Shown here in pieces: positions 50,201-63,353 of a stretch of DNA of 64,000 bases. Source of the DNA: Phoronis australis (Eukaryota > Animalia > Phoronida); the NCBI GenBank assembly GCA_002633005.1, contig NMRA01000051.1:124001-188000 (forward strand), in the 5' to 3' direction. Under the pieces are notes generated by a model that saw only the letters and a list, made by a program, of their open reading frames with translations, had not been told where the DNA came from and searched no databases. Each line of letters starts with the position of its first letter. Positions within the stretch are counted from its first letter, which is position 1. The position numbers and the translations under genes are program-made.

Positions 50201-53200
50201 GTTCTCAAAAAGTATAGGGGCAGCAGCACACTCTAACTCTTGGCTGTTTGTTCAGCCCACAACCTGCAGCATATTTCTTAAACTATCATGTAGACAAGTT
50301 AGCTATTAATTTAAAAATCTAGCCATAGCCTGTGTGTACTACAACTAAGTATATTATTTTCCTGAAGCATGATCCAGGCTAAATGATTCGTTGAAAAGCA
50401 AACCTTAAGACAATCAACTTGGTCAGTTACATTATGAAAACTTGAAGTGTTCTCCACCCGTCATCAGGTTGTGGGCTGAACAAACAGCCTTAGTTTTTTT
50501 AGACAGTTTTAGCTCAATATTTATTTTTCCAAGGTCTATCATCCAATATTTAGCTTTTGACAGACGCAGCTGGTTTAATAAAAATTTGTGTTTGAACTGA
50601 CGGCACAAGACTAAAATTTGTTGCCTACTCGACACGCTGCAAAAAGAAATGTCTAATCTGTTGAAAAACGTAAAAGAAGGAAAGTTCAATAGTTGAACAG
50701 CTTATGATAGACACTGTTAGTAACCTTGACAAAAAGATAATGCAAGGTGATCACACACCACCAGATTCAAGTGTTTTGACAAAAAATATTACAGTGGAGT
50801 GTACAATGCAGTACCTGTAATATATATGATTTTGATGGTTCAATCCAGACGTCAGGAGCTTCCTTAAAACCCTGAGGAAACAGTACTGATGGGGGCGGCC
50901 GTCTCTTGTCAAACGTTTGCCAGTGTTTCACTAACTTCCGGTTCAAGTCCAGCAACTCTTCTTTGCTATAGCCAGATCCAACCTACAAAGGGAGAGGATT
51001 ATAATTGCATTTCAGTTCGCGTTTCTACAGCAGAAGAACTATGCTACATAAATAAAGATTTAGCTAAAAATACCCCATATTTTGATAAGTTCCTCTTTTA
51101 TAGTACGTTAGTCATGCCACAGTTAACAACAATATTGTTTTACAGTCATCATAGTCATTCAATACAGATATCATGGCACAGCAAGACATTTTGGTACATA
51201 TGCACTGATTCTCTAAAAAGGATCAAGAGGATTTATTTATCTGCAATGTACCCATAATGGTCACTGAGTATTTAGCAATTGAATCAACTTTCAAAACAAG
51301 CCTGAAAAGTAAACAACTACCAGGTAACAACCCATATAGTTACTGATAGGCATACAGAGATGTTCTCCACAAAATGCTCAGATGTGAGATTTCATCCACT
51401 ATGCGTAGACATGACTGACGTCAAGCACAACAGGAGTTGAAAATTCTTCATTTTTGTCTTGCAAGTTTTTTACACCAAGTTAAATGCTTAAAATGGGGAT
51501 AAATACTAGATTACGACATGCCCTCTACTGTTATTTCCCAAATCTAGACCCCTCAAGGGAGTTGGAGGAATTATCTACCTATGGACTAGCGTCCCTCAGG
51601 TGATCACTTTTCCAAATTCCATTCGGCGTCAAGATACAAGAAATAACAGCCTCGTTGCCTGTCCATAACAATATGCCCATGATCTGTCCTAATTTATCAG
51701 AATTCATGTGCGTATTTGTAGACGCAATTATTACACTTCTGCAAAACTTAGTTGACCAGCCTCAGAATTCAATGCTGTGAGACTTCAACAGTTTTAAATC
51801 CCAACACTTGCCAACACAGAAAAACACATGAATGACATGCTTTGGAATAGTCAGACATGACTTCAAGTTAAGGAATACAGACGTTGATCAACAAAATGAC
51901 TCTCACTCTACAGAACGTGTGAAACTCTGTCGGGTGTTTTCCATCAGCCTGCGGAACAGCCACAGCACACAGGAAGTGCGAGACCAGCATGCCTCGGTGA
52001 CCCGATCCCCAGTTGCCTCCGACGATCACCACGTCCAGCTCGTCCATCAGCCCGCCAACATATTCCGGCTTGATTTTGAACCAACCGCCCTTGCGCACAT
52101 TCGGCTTATAGATGGATTCCGGATTCTTCACCATGATTCCCTCTTCCCGGAGGTCAATAGCCTCGTTGAGGGCATCAATGCAGTCTTGCCTAGAGAAATC
52201 ATGAATGTGACTAGTTAGATTTAACAGAACTGGTCACACTATGAACCATGTAAAGTCAGTTGTTGACTTACGTTGAATTAATTATGAATAAAAATTTGAC
52301 TCCTGATTCATATTTTTTCAGGCAAAAGATAATCAAAACATCCTAATCACCTACATATATAAATGATACAAATGGTTAAAATAAAATAGCAAAACAATAA
52401 AATTGTAAGCAAATGCCACTTGGAACAAAATATGATATTATAAAACTATTAAACACAGAAACACACATGCTGTTGCCTTGTGTTGGTTTATCTATGATGA
52501 CACGACCTTCGACCTCTGTGATGACAGTTTCGACAAGCTTCAAGCGCTCCTTCAGAGGCTGGTTTGACAAGACCTTCCCGTTGAGGTAGAGAATATCAAA
52601 TATACACAGTAGAGGCTGCATTCCCTTGAGGTTACTTGACTTCACGTCGATATCCGCACCTTTGGAGCCTGAAAACGTCCACTAATTAAATGACCATTTT
52701 GGTGCTGTTAAGTCGATAAGGTCCAATTCTTAACCCATTAAAGTACTCTGAGGTTTAAAAACATTGCTACGCCTATCTAATGTTGAATTGTTGCTAAATG
52801 AGCTAGCAATTTCACCAATTTTGCAGTCCTAAGGTTGGACAACCCCAATAAACTCTGATTTCAACGGTTTGCATTCATGGAAATCAAGAGTATTCTCAGA
52901 CCTATTGTATGAACTTCAGTGGTTTAATTTTTTATTTTTTGACTGCTAAATACTGATTAAGACATGTGTTTTTAAAAGCGACCCCGATAATCAAAGAAAA
53001 GAAATTTTCTGGGAAGACGAGGCAGCATACATGAAAAGAATCCTATGTGGATACCCTAACCAGTCGAGATTGTGCAGCTCGACCACTTTATGCACCTCAG
53101 AATTCGCCGGTTCAGATAAAAAACACCTATACATAATGAGACCCATCATAAACACATTGGGGGCCACAGTAGTATTTTTAAATTTTCGTTTTGAAAGTTC

Positions 53201-56200
53201 AAATTTTTTGAGTTCAAATTAACATTATATCAACAATAGTTGTAAAACTGTGATGAATATGCAGCACAAAAGAAATAAAAATACAAACCTCTTATTTTCA
53301 GCTCTGGATCATAAAAGCACATTTCTCCATCCAGTATACAAGATTTCACAGAAGGTTTGAAGCAGTGATGTATGTAAGGTGTTATGGTGCCATCGTATGG
53401 GCTTCTCCCAAAAGTATCAGAATACTCTAATGTCCTAAGAAATAAACCAGTTTTCAATGAATCTTTGTTTTGCTAAAACCAGTTTACGACACAGTTAAGC
53501 TGTTGTCAAGTAACCTTTCAATTTAATAAATTGATTGTCTTATTCACTTCACAATTAAACCACAAATTATTTTTGTCATCCACTCTACTTTTGTGTGAAC
53601 TCAAGATAAGTGTCAATCATTTTGCGTTTCTAGACCAAATTCGCACTTAATGACTCCTAGGTTTGAGCTAAAAACTCTAGATTTTGAATAAAAACTTGAG
53701 ATGTCAAGTTCAGACACGAAGTTTCAGCCTCAATGATGTGGTCATGAGGTGTAAACTAGGATTAGACACTTATCCACGTACTAAGCTATTATGAACTCCA
53801 GCACAGAATAATAGACACTCAGCTTGAGTTCACACAAAAGTGAGAATAGAAAACGGCAAAAATAATTTTGAGTTCTGTCTCAAGTGAAAAAATTAAACCC
53901 CAGGCCCAGAAGATAAAAAACAATTACAAAACAACACACTGATAGACAAAGGCAGACACAAACTAAAGGACGACAAATAAGACTGACGTATAACAGGGGT
54001 AAAGTCCCTTCATTGTAGGACTGAATATGGTCAACAAATGAAATCTCTTTGAATTATTTGGTCCATGAAACATGTGTACTACCAAATGAAATGATTTTTC
54101 ATGTTCAAGTTTCTTACCACAGGAACCATCAAACAATTTTTTTAAAAGTTGTGGGCATTCAAAGCAATGTTAGAAGTCCTTGATAAATAATAGGGGGAAA
54201 TTTTGGCAATTATTTCATACTGTACGTAAAAAACCAGTCACTATGACACAGTATTAGAGGCCGGTACAAGGAAAATACACAATCATAAGTGCATCTTTCT
54301 CCACTATGAACAATTTATGTTACCCTCTTGAGAAGTATTTATAGTTTTCGCCATCTTTGTGTAGCTGCATCCTCTCCCCATCAAATTTGGTCTCAATGAA
54401 GAAAGGTTTATTGTCCATCAGTCTCTCAATCTGCAATAGATATTGACACAAAGTAACTGCTTTTCTTATTGGAAACATCAGATTTTTTTCAAATATTTCA
54501 ACTACTGATTGTCACATATTTTTGAAAATTCTTTATGGTCACAGTATCATTTCGTGCACACGAAAATATTGACTAGTAGTCTGTATTCTTATGACAATAT
54601 TTTGTCTGAAACATAATGACCTTTCACTGGAGTGGCCATATCTTCCAGATGCAAAATTTATGAACGGAACAAGTAATTAATCCTGTTAAATAATTCTATT
54701 ACTTGTAAAACTGCAGAGTGTGAAGAAATTAATACCGAAATGTTGAGTTTGCAGTAGCTGTAGAAACACAACATATGGCCACTCTGTGGTATTAGTCAAA
54801 TTTTGAAAGTGGCACCAAGCAAGCACTGGCACAGCTCACTTTAGGGCCACTCATACCAACAGTGACCAGTCAACAACTTGGCGAGTGTCCGTTGGTATGA
54901 ATGACTAACCTTAATCTTGGATCGAAGTAATGAACTTTGAACTTAAAAGTGAACTTAAAAGTGAACTTAAAAGTTAACTTTGTAGCAAACAGATGAATTT
55001 AACAGTGTCTTGATGTGGCACGAACGGCTAACTTCAGTGTCATCAGAATTATTGACAGGTGTAGCTGTCAATAACAGTACATATTAAGGCACTATTTGAG
55101 TCGATTTTTTAAATTAATCACCATTCTATCACTATCAGCACTATATTTTATTCATTATTTGGGCATATGTACCGTAATTTATATTAAAAAAACCTTGCTT
55201 GCATAACATTTTTGTGGTGCCATCTAACAAAAGCATCAGTTCTGTGACTCAAGCATCAAACTTCGATGCCCGAGACCAGTCTAAAATGGTGGACTAACAG
55301 TTTATATCAACTCTCATCCATTACAGGAGTTAAACTGGTTGGAGAGGGAGTTCTGATTTCTCTGTGATAAACCCAGTGAGCTAGTCTTCATGGAGAGCAA
55401 TCTCAGGACTGTGGTGCTATAACACACAGAGCAGACAATAACACAGCATGAACACGCCAGGAGGCAGACAAGCTGAGAAGGAGGTCTAGACCCAATTGCT
55501 TGGCAGTCATATTTTTGCTATGATCATAGATCTGGGAATGATTTATAGTGGTCCTAAAGGTTCAACTTTCCAGGGAAGTAAAGTTTACACGGACCATCAG
55601 TGAAAATGAATAATAAAACATTGTCATTACACTTCTACATGGCCTTGCCATGTGCACAAGCGAACCCACAATACAAGCCGGATCATCACCCTCATCCAGC
55701 GCTGTAAACACACAATGCCGCATTGCAATACAAATTTTGTTACCTTGTTCGGAGACGCTCTTTCTCCCAACATAGGCTTGAATGGCACAAACATTTCTAT
55801 GGCGATCTCATGACCCCTAACACTAGGGTCGCTCAGCACTTTGCAAACCTTGAAGGGCATAAAAAATAAGAGTTTCAGTTGTGTTATTTAGACAAACAAC
55901 AGGAATTTCTGAGAAAATATTAAGTATTCACAGTGTTTTCAAGTGAATTTGTCTCATGTTTTGGTATAAAAGAAACAAAAAGTTAGAAATTCATCAGACA
56001 GAATGTAAACTAAAGCTTACAAGCAAACCACAAAAGTCCAAAGATGCGGGACTTTAACCAGTCAACAGAACTGTAACCTTTCAATTGACCATTAACCCTT
56101 CAACTGACCTTTTCCAAATTAGCACATGTGTTGTAGTATTCCTCTGCATCTGGGTGGAAGACAGAGAACACGTTGGCCTGACTCAGTCCACATTTCATCT

Positions 56201-59200
56201 CCTTCATAATCATCCTAATGAGCCATTTCTGCTCAATGGCCGAGCAGCCGCGCAATAGTTTGAGAAGGTTCTTGCGTACCACCTCCTTGTTCTTGGTGGC
56301 ATTGTTCATGGCAATCTCGTCCAAATGACCATTGACATCGCAGATGGTGAGTGTACCCTGCGCTGGACACCGATTCTTCAGTACGAAGTAGGCCACATGG
56401 GCAAAGTCGCCGACGTTCTGTAGGAAATGACAATCACTAGTAAGAAGAATAAAAACGATAAAAAGTGGTCTCAGAAATCTTTTACTGTATAAATTTGCAC
56501 TTCATAGCATTCAAATTGTTATTCAATGAAACACAAAGTGAATTATTTGATTTTTTCTTTAAAATTCCAATAAGAGTGGATTAGTTGCAATATGACATTT
56601 TGAAACATCACTTTCAGCATTTCTGGAATGTCACCACGTCAATACTCTATAAACGCGATGTATACCTAGCAAACACAATGAGCAAATCCATCTCTATAAA
56701 CGTGATGTATACCTAGCAAACACAATGAGCAAATCCATCTCTTCACCAACAGTTGCTACTTACCCCACCTCCACTAGCGGTTTTTGGTGCTTTGTAGTTG
56801 AGTAACTTCTTCCCGTCAGGACTGTCTTTTCCAATGCAGAGAATATCAATGTACATCCTGGCAAGAGTATTCTGGAAAAAATGCACTCGCAAGTTCACAG
56901 AAAGAATCAGAACACTTGTCAAGTAAGTTGTGTCAAGCTTAAACTTTGATTGTTTGAGCTTTCAAGGATTAAAGTTACATGAGGATGACAGTAAGACGTA
57001 GATAACCGCAAAGCAGAATTTGATTTGAAGCCATGGAAATGTGGGGTAAATTACTCAGAGACAATTCTGTCTAGAAATTGGACAGGCAGTGTATATACTT
57101 GTTAACAGCCACATTGCTTTGGCGCATGAATGCAGTAACATAAGCCGACCCATTATCATGGAGTTTAGACCTAATCACATTGAGATAGACAACGGAACAA
57201 TTTGATAACATAAAGAGCTTCAATTCAACGATAAGAATTGATCTATGTGGCTGTTACATTTAAAAAAATTGTTACAGGATTCTTTAACACAAGAGATTAC
57301 CACATATTAAAGAGTAGTTTGTCTCACATTCATTTTATCAACTAAACCAATGGGAAAGTTATGCACCCATGATTTATCTCATTCAAATTCTATTTCTAGA
57401 TTTTGATACAGCCTTCAAGATCTCCGGTGTATTTATCTCCAAGTACCTCTTTTATTCCATAGGCCGTTCTCTGTTTATCCTGGTTTGGCAACAGAAGTCG
57501 CATTGCTGGATAGAATGAGTTTCCCTGAAATTTATACACAGCTGTATGTAATATCAAATAACAACATGATTGCAAATAGATACTGAAGCATACTTGTACA
57601 TTTAGGTCATAATGAAATGAATCAATAAATAAATCTTTTTAACATAATTTTCATATTTGCATACATATACATATCTATGCTCAGATATTTCAGTGAACGT
57701 CATATCCCCTACCAGTGTAAAAATTGCCACTGGCTGATTTGGGCAACTGAACGAAAGACTGCTCAGAAAAAGGTTGGATCATCGGAGTATTTGTTTGAGT
57801 TGGAAGGAATTAGACATCAACGGCATCCAAAGACGTCCCTCTATGCCCAACAGGTAGCAATGGGACTTTGATGGTTTAAAGTCCTAATCTCAAAGGGTAA
57901 ACTTGAAAATATAAACCAAATTAAGTAATTGTAACAGGGCATAATGTTTAACTCCTATCTGTTATCAAACTAATTTTGTACCTCGGCTGAGATCAGAAAA
58001 TCATTCGACTATTCCCATTGATTTCCATGACCCGAGTTAAAGAATGAGTCCTGAATGTGAGTCTGTATTAAGCTGTAAAACAAAAAGGCCAGCCGTGTTT
58101 TCAACGAAATTGTTCCTTAATGAATCTCACTTCCGACTTAGCACCAAATCTAATTGCAGAGAATCATTCATCTCCAGTTAGTGACAATTGTGGTTTTTAT
58201 AAATTTTTCACCTATGAAGGATTAAATTGTAGGTACTGATGACTTCATTACAACATAATTTAACAATCTAATAAGGGTTAAAATGTGACCTACTAGGTCT
58301 TTAATCAGTGTGAGGCATAATTCCCTGAAAAGCTTCCAGCGCATGAAGGTCCAATAAGATGGTCACCATCTCTCCTGCTTAGTATAGATGGTGGTTCTAG
58401 TGTGCGTGAACTTGGAATCCAGCTTAATCTCAAGACTGCATATGCGTGAACGTGGAATACATGAAGAAACTTGCCAAGTTTACTCAATAATCACGTTTAT
58501 GTTGATAATAATTTGCAATGCACTAATTCAGATTCTGTGTTAATAAAAAACAAATTTTAACAATTACCTTTTTTCAATTGGCGATCATATTCACCAAATA
58601 ATAATTGATTTACCAATTCCGTGACAAAACTCACAATTACTTACGGTGAAGGAGAAAATTGGTGATCGTGAGGCTAATGGTTACAAAAATTCTTTACATC
58701 ACATAAAAAAGTTATGGAGAATAAGTTGATCATTTGTCTCTAGAGGCATTGGAATAGGAAATAATCACTTACTTTGAGACGATTCAGGTTAGATGTAGAC
58801 GTTTCGGCCTGGTCTGCCAGGCCTCTTTGATTAGTGAGGGGTTTCCCGCCTTTCGCTCAAAATTCAACACTCTTCGATCTTTACTAATCAGACCCAAAGA
58901 CCTAACCCCAATGGAAAAACAACGTTGGGTCATTTACCAGCTGAAGAGTGACCAGGATCCCAACCACACGTACATTGGAGAAACCAAAAGACCATCTCTA
59001 ACCAGATTTAAAGAACACCAGACATTAAACAGACTCACAGCTGTGGGGGAACATATTGACAACTGAACATTCCATCACCCTTGAATCATCTAAGATCTTA
59101 GCCAAAGAACAGAATTTGCATGCTCACAAGTTAAAAGAATCCATAAATATCAGTACGCAGCGCTCTCTCTTGAACAGGGACCGCGGTCTACACTTACCTC

Positions 59201-61079
59201 CTTTGTATTCCAACATACCAGGCGAAAGGCGGGAAACCCTCACTCATCGAAAAATGCCCGGTGGGCCAGGCTGAAACGTCTACATCTAAACTGAATCATC
59301 CCTAAGTAAGTGATTATTTCCTATTCCAATAAAAAATTACCTGATTGCCTTAATGAATATTCAATTTCAAGTTCATGCATACATGGTCTAGAGATTAAGC
59401 AAGATTCTAAGTTCATGCACAACGGCACCTCTAGAACTACCGCAAACTTGCGGGTTAACACCCCATGCCCATCCCTGACTTTTGGTCGATTTTCGGTTTA
59501 AGTGCCCACTGCTTAGGTAATCGCCCATTCCCTACTTCGTGCTAATTTCCCCTTAAGCACCCACCTCTAGGGTAATCGCCCATCCCCTACTTTGTGCTAA
59601 TTTCCACTTAAGCGCCCACCTCTCGGGTAATCGGCCATCCCCAACTTACTGCTTACAGAACTTGCGCTTGAACTCATACTTTTGTTCACAGCTTCGCCTC
59701 GGGCTCAGACTTCTGCGTTTGCAAAATACGGCCTGCTTATAATTGGTACTTGAATTGTCTCGAAAAGTGGGTTTTTCAGGCAGCGTTTGTGGAATATCTC
59801 AAGCGCTGCAATCACCCCTTTTAAACTTATCAACTAATCTTTTGTTAAATTAATATAGGCCTACCCGTAGATTTTTATAGAAGTGACAATAGTCTACTAT
59901 GAGATTAGGCCTACAACATCCTGGTTGTCACACGTCACCTACGAAGGTTTGTCTAGGCGACAAGTTTTCGAATTACCAAGTCTAAATTTTTTCGTATCAG
60001 ACATCATTTTCGATGCTTTTTTGAGTTCCGTAGATCAAGTTTTTTGAGTGTTTGCCGAAAACAGGTAAAACTTCGAAACATCGACATATATTTTCAGATG
60101 AAGCACTTGATTTTGCTAGATTTTTCACCTGGGTTGACCCAGTTTTGAATATACCAATTAATCAAACCCCGTGCATATAGCACGTGATTTTGATAGATTT
60201 ATTTACTGGGTCAAACCAGACTTGAATTGAACAATTATTCACACCCCGTTCTTTTTGTATCCATTTACAATTTGTGTCAACCAGGAACAATTTGTTTTTT
60301 AGTTCAGCGCCGGATAAACCAAACAGTGAATCGAAAGTTAATCGGGTTTAATACGCAGACAACATTAACAGTGATGAGAGAGGACCGAAAGGGTTCCAAC
60401 CAATCACAGTTGTATGAACAACACTAATACTATAATGGTGATAGAAACAAAATGTAGTCCAGTTCACTGATCCGAAACAGTACTTGCTGATACGGTAAGT
60501 GGACTGCCATTCGAGTTTCATAAAGCTTCATGGTATGACATTTTGGAGCGTGCTAATATATTTGAAAACATCGAAGCTTTTAGCGACGTTCTCGTGAAAT
60601 CACCCTGCTTCCGTTTGAGCCATGAGAAGCTTTGTGGTTGTCTTTTCCCGCTGTTTGACCAAACTTACAAGTTCCGTGTACAAATGAACACCCCGCGAGC
60701 TTGCCCAGTTCAGCTACAACTTGGATGCAAGCGTCCACTCCTTGGGTAATCACCCATCCCCGTCTCAGGTTTTCCCAATTTTAAAAGTGCCCAGGGCGTT
60801 AATCCGCAAGTTTACGGTAAGTCATTTCAGCTTGAATTTTACCATCTCAATTTGCACACAGAAAATGAAACACATATCATGAGGTTAAACATAGATATTA
60901 GAACCACAAACCATTTCATCATTTTTAATTTCATGTTGAAGTTTTCTCCATGATTCAATAAACGTTTTCAGAATCTTTTTCTTGTTATCAGTTCCTTGTT
61001 TTGAACTAATTTGTTCAAGCAAAAGACAAAGATCCCTGAAAGGAACTCTAGAGGCAACGTCGTCACTTGGGTTTGCCAT
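43931..61079 (-). CDS. LIG4: DNA ligase IV (NHEJ), complete, 16 coding exons, 917 aa
   Basis: Exons: 61079-60912, 57524-57447, 56871-56764, 56417-56109, 55848-55744, 54430-54324, 53434-53289, 52668-52467, 52189-51907, 50982-50815, 49512-49375, 48646-48503, 48281-48031, 46640-46401, 45416-45264, 44084-43931. All introns are GT-AG, phases are consistent, total 2754 nt. Motifs: [21 protein letters not shown] (adenylation Lys), [34 protein letters not shown], two BRCT domains and the [12 protein letters not shown]4-binding linker. Confidence 0.97.
53543..53888. mobile_element. Intronic MITE-like inverted repeat
   Basis: TTATTTTTGTC..ACTTTTGTGTGAACTCAAG.TAAGTGTC pairs with GACACTCAGCTTGAGTTCACACAAAAGT..GGCAAAAATAA. 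Confidence 0.6.
56645..56741 (+). repeat. 47-bp tandem duplication in LIG4 intron 3
   Basis: CTCTATAAACG(C/T)GATGTATACCTAGCAAACACAATGAGCAAATCCAT occurs twice. Confidence 0.9.
58748..59330 (+). mobile_element. 5'-truncated Penelope-like retroelement (GIY-YIG endonuclease relic) with inverted pLTR
   Basis: VIYQLKS...[14 protein letters not shown]...TAVGEH...ILAKE...KESINI...LNRDRG, with a frameshift near 59060; 58748-58857 is the reverse complement of 59222-59330. Confidence 0.88.
59440..60817. mobile_element. TA-flanked non-autonomous Tc1/mariner-pogo-like element
   Basis: ta|CCGCAAACTTGCGGGTTAACACCC...GGGCGTTAATCCGCAAGTTTACGG|ta; three ~55-bp subterminal tandem repeats at ~59499-59645. Confidence 0.8.
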
Positions 61080-61550
61080 TGCATTAAAACTGTCTGCAGT
61101 TTCTTTCACGAATGAGACTTAGAAGCCAAAATTAAGGAAATCGACGTCCTCAGCTTAGTGACTTGCGAACGATCCGTGTCTAAGGACGCTGACATTTTTG
61201 ACAGTGTACACTGGGAAATATTATAACCGCAAATTAGAGAGGACAATGTTGACTTAAATACAACAAAATATAAATTTGAAATTATTTAGAGTATTAAAAT
61301 TTTATTACATTTTAATTAAAGTTATTATGTTTGAACACTTGTGGATAAATATATAGTTGATTGGGAAAATATTAGGTATAATAGTTTTAGGAGTGAGAAT
61401 ACACAACTCTGGAAATTATTATTGCGCATGCGTCGTTAAATTTTTCAACGGCTCGTCGGATTTATTTTGCAAGAGCATTTGAAATTTGATTAGATTTTGA
61501 TCAGTTAAGTCGTTCAAAGGCTGCTTATTGCTTAACTCGTAATCAAGGCC
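61080..61550. promoter_or_regulatory. Probable bidirectional promoter between LIG4 and kinesin-13
   Basis: Divergent start codons 471 bp apart; NRF1-like TGCGCATGCGT at 61423-61433. Confidence 0.65.
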
Positions 61551-61605
61551 ATGGACATAGGGAATCTAAAAGTCGGCTGCACCGTTGATATTCAACGTAC
61601 AAATG
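61551..61605 (+). CDS. Kinesin-13 (KIF2A/Klp10A-like) first coding exon; the rest lies beyond the window
   Basis: gccATGG context; MDIGNLKVGCTVDIQRTNG|GTGAGT resembles the kinesin-13 N-terminus (I.IG..V.I.R.DG|R.H) and has a strong donor. Only 18 full codons are visible. Confidence 0.7.
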
Positions 61606-62344
61606 GTGAGTCACTTCGTGTTTATTTAACTGGACTGTGTATTCTCGATGAACTCCTGTCGTGATGTCGGCTTGGTAGCGCAGGGACCCGGGCAGGAACT
61701 GGGCCGGTTAGTTGGCATTAGGCAATTACATCACTCTGAATGTCGCAGACATGCACTGGCGATAGTATATCCTCATAAAAAGTTACTCGTCTCACAATTC
61801 AGGGAATAAAATCGAATCGAACTTCCATGTACAGGAATATACCAGGTTTCAAAAGTCCGCTCAGCTGGCAGCTGGCGAGTGAGCCAGAAAATCTACTCTC
61901 CCATCCCAAAGTTCAGTTGCATGGCTGTTTTGCGTCGGACACCACAAAATTGTTGCCAACGTCAATAACAATGATCGTTTTGTGCGTTGATGTCACCATC
62001 TATTAGGGCTAGTATCATTTTTAGAAAAAGCAGACTTCCTACCAAGAAACTTTCAATGTTGTCGTTGATGAATTCCTCAGCAATGCAAGACGTAGCCTAG
62101 GGGCAAAGCTATGTACTTATATACAGCTATGCGCCGATATGGGTTAAAGGCTGATCAGATAATTTCTGATACAAAATTAGTGTCGTTAAACATTACACTC
62201 TTCTTTTGGTACACTAAATTATTTAGCGTTGTTGGAATAATTGGTGTTCTACCATTATTCTGCTGCTAAAATTGCGGCACTATCTTTGTGTTGACTTTCG
62301 TTGCCATGAAATGTTGCGTCATCCATTGGCCAGTTTCTTTGTAT

Positions 62345-63353
62345 GCCGATTCTTCAATCGACTGTCGTTCTTTCACGAGGTTGCATACATGTCGTACAAA
62401 TTATCTCGTTTGGTTTTACTTCATTATAAGGTTTTCACATTTTAATGCCAGCAAACTGAATTTCAGAACAAATTTTGCTGTCATCTCCCGAGAGATGTCG
62501 TAAAACTTTAGGAAATGGCGTGTGTCACGAACGTACTGTTTTCAAAGTGACGACCATAGACATCACATGTCTATGACGACGACATACTTTCCTTTGTTAC
62601 AAAAGGCAGAGAATGACCCAAGAAAATGACGTTTGTTAGATTATTCTGTAATGGGCAAGGTGAGTGTTGGTTGACTCCCAGGTTTTGCATACACCCCCTG
62701 CCGATCTATAACTCTCACATGTTGATATTAGTTTCACGGCGAGGTAGTGAGCAGAAATACCCGGGCTGTGTGGAATTTCGAGGACTGTCAGAGGTCAACA
62801 CATTGGTACCTGACTGTACTTTGACAATAGTCTTCTTAAAACTTTGCTGGGCTATGCAAGACGATCCGTCAGCCAAAACAGTAGCGAGCCAGCTTGCTGT
62901 ATGAAGACTATCGTTAAAATACAGCTAGGCACCACTATCTGTAAGTCTTTTACGCAGCCAGGGTAGTTCTGCTCATCATCTTGCCGTGAAACTTGATCAA
63001 TATGTAAAGCTAAAGACTTTATGGGGTGCATGCAAAACCTGGGAATCCGTTTAAATGAAGAACAATCTAACAAACGTCATTTTCTTGCGTAATCCTCCGC
63101 CTTTTCTAACAAAGAAACGTTATTCGTAGTTTCGAAAACAGTTCGCTTGTGACACGCTCACGGGCCATTTCCTAAATTTTTGTAATATCTCTCGGGAGAT
63201 GATGACAGCTTGGCTGCAACAAAATTTCTTCAGACATTCATTTTGCTGGTATCAAAATTCTAAAAACTTATTAGGAAGTAAAACCAGTTCTGATAATTTG
63301 TTGTGACGTGTACGCAACCTCGTGAAAGAACAACAGTTGATTGAAGAATCGGC
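62345..63353. repeat. ~1-kb imperfect palindrome (foldback) in kinesin-13 intron 1
   Basis: 62345-62860 aligns in reverse complement with ~62880-63353 along its whole length, e.g. GCCGATTCTTCAATC/GATTGAAGAATCGGC and CAAGAAAATGACGTTTGTTAGATT/AATCTAACAAACGTCATTTTCTTG. Confidence 0.9.

Noticed and set aside
51832-52218. 128-aa plus-strand ORF (similarly 48010-48456 and 50889-51257)
   Set aside because: These are antisense shadows of LIG4 exons.
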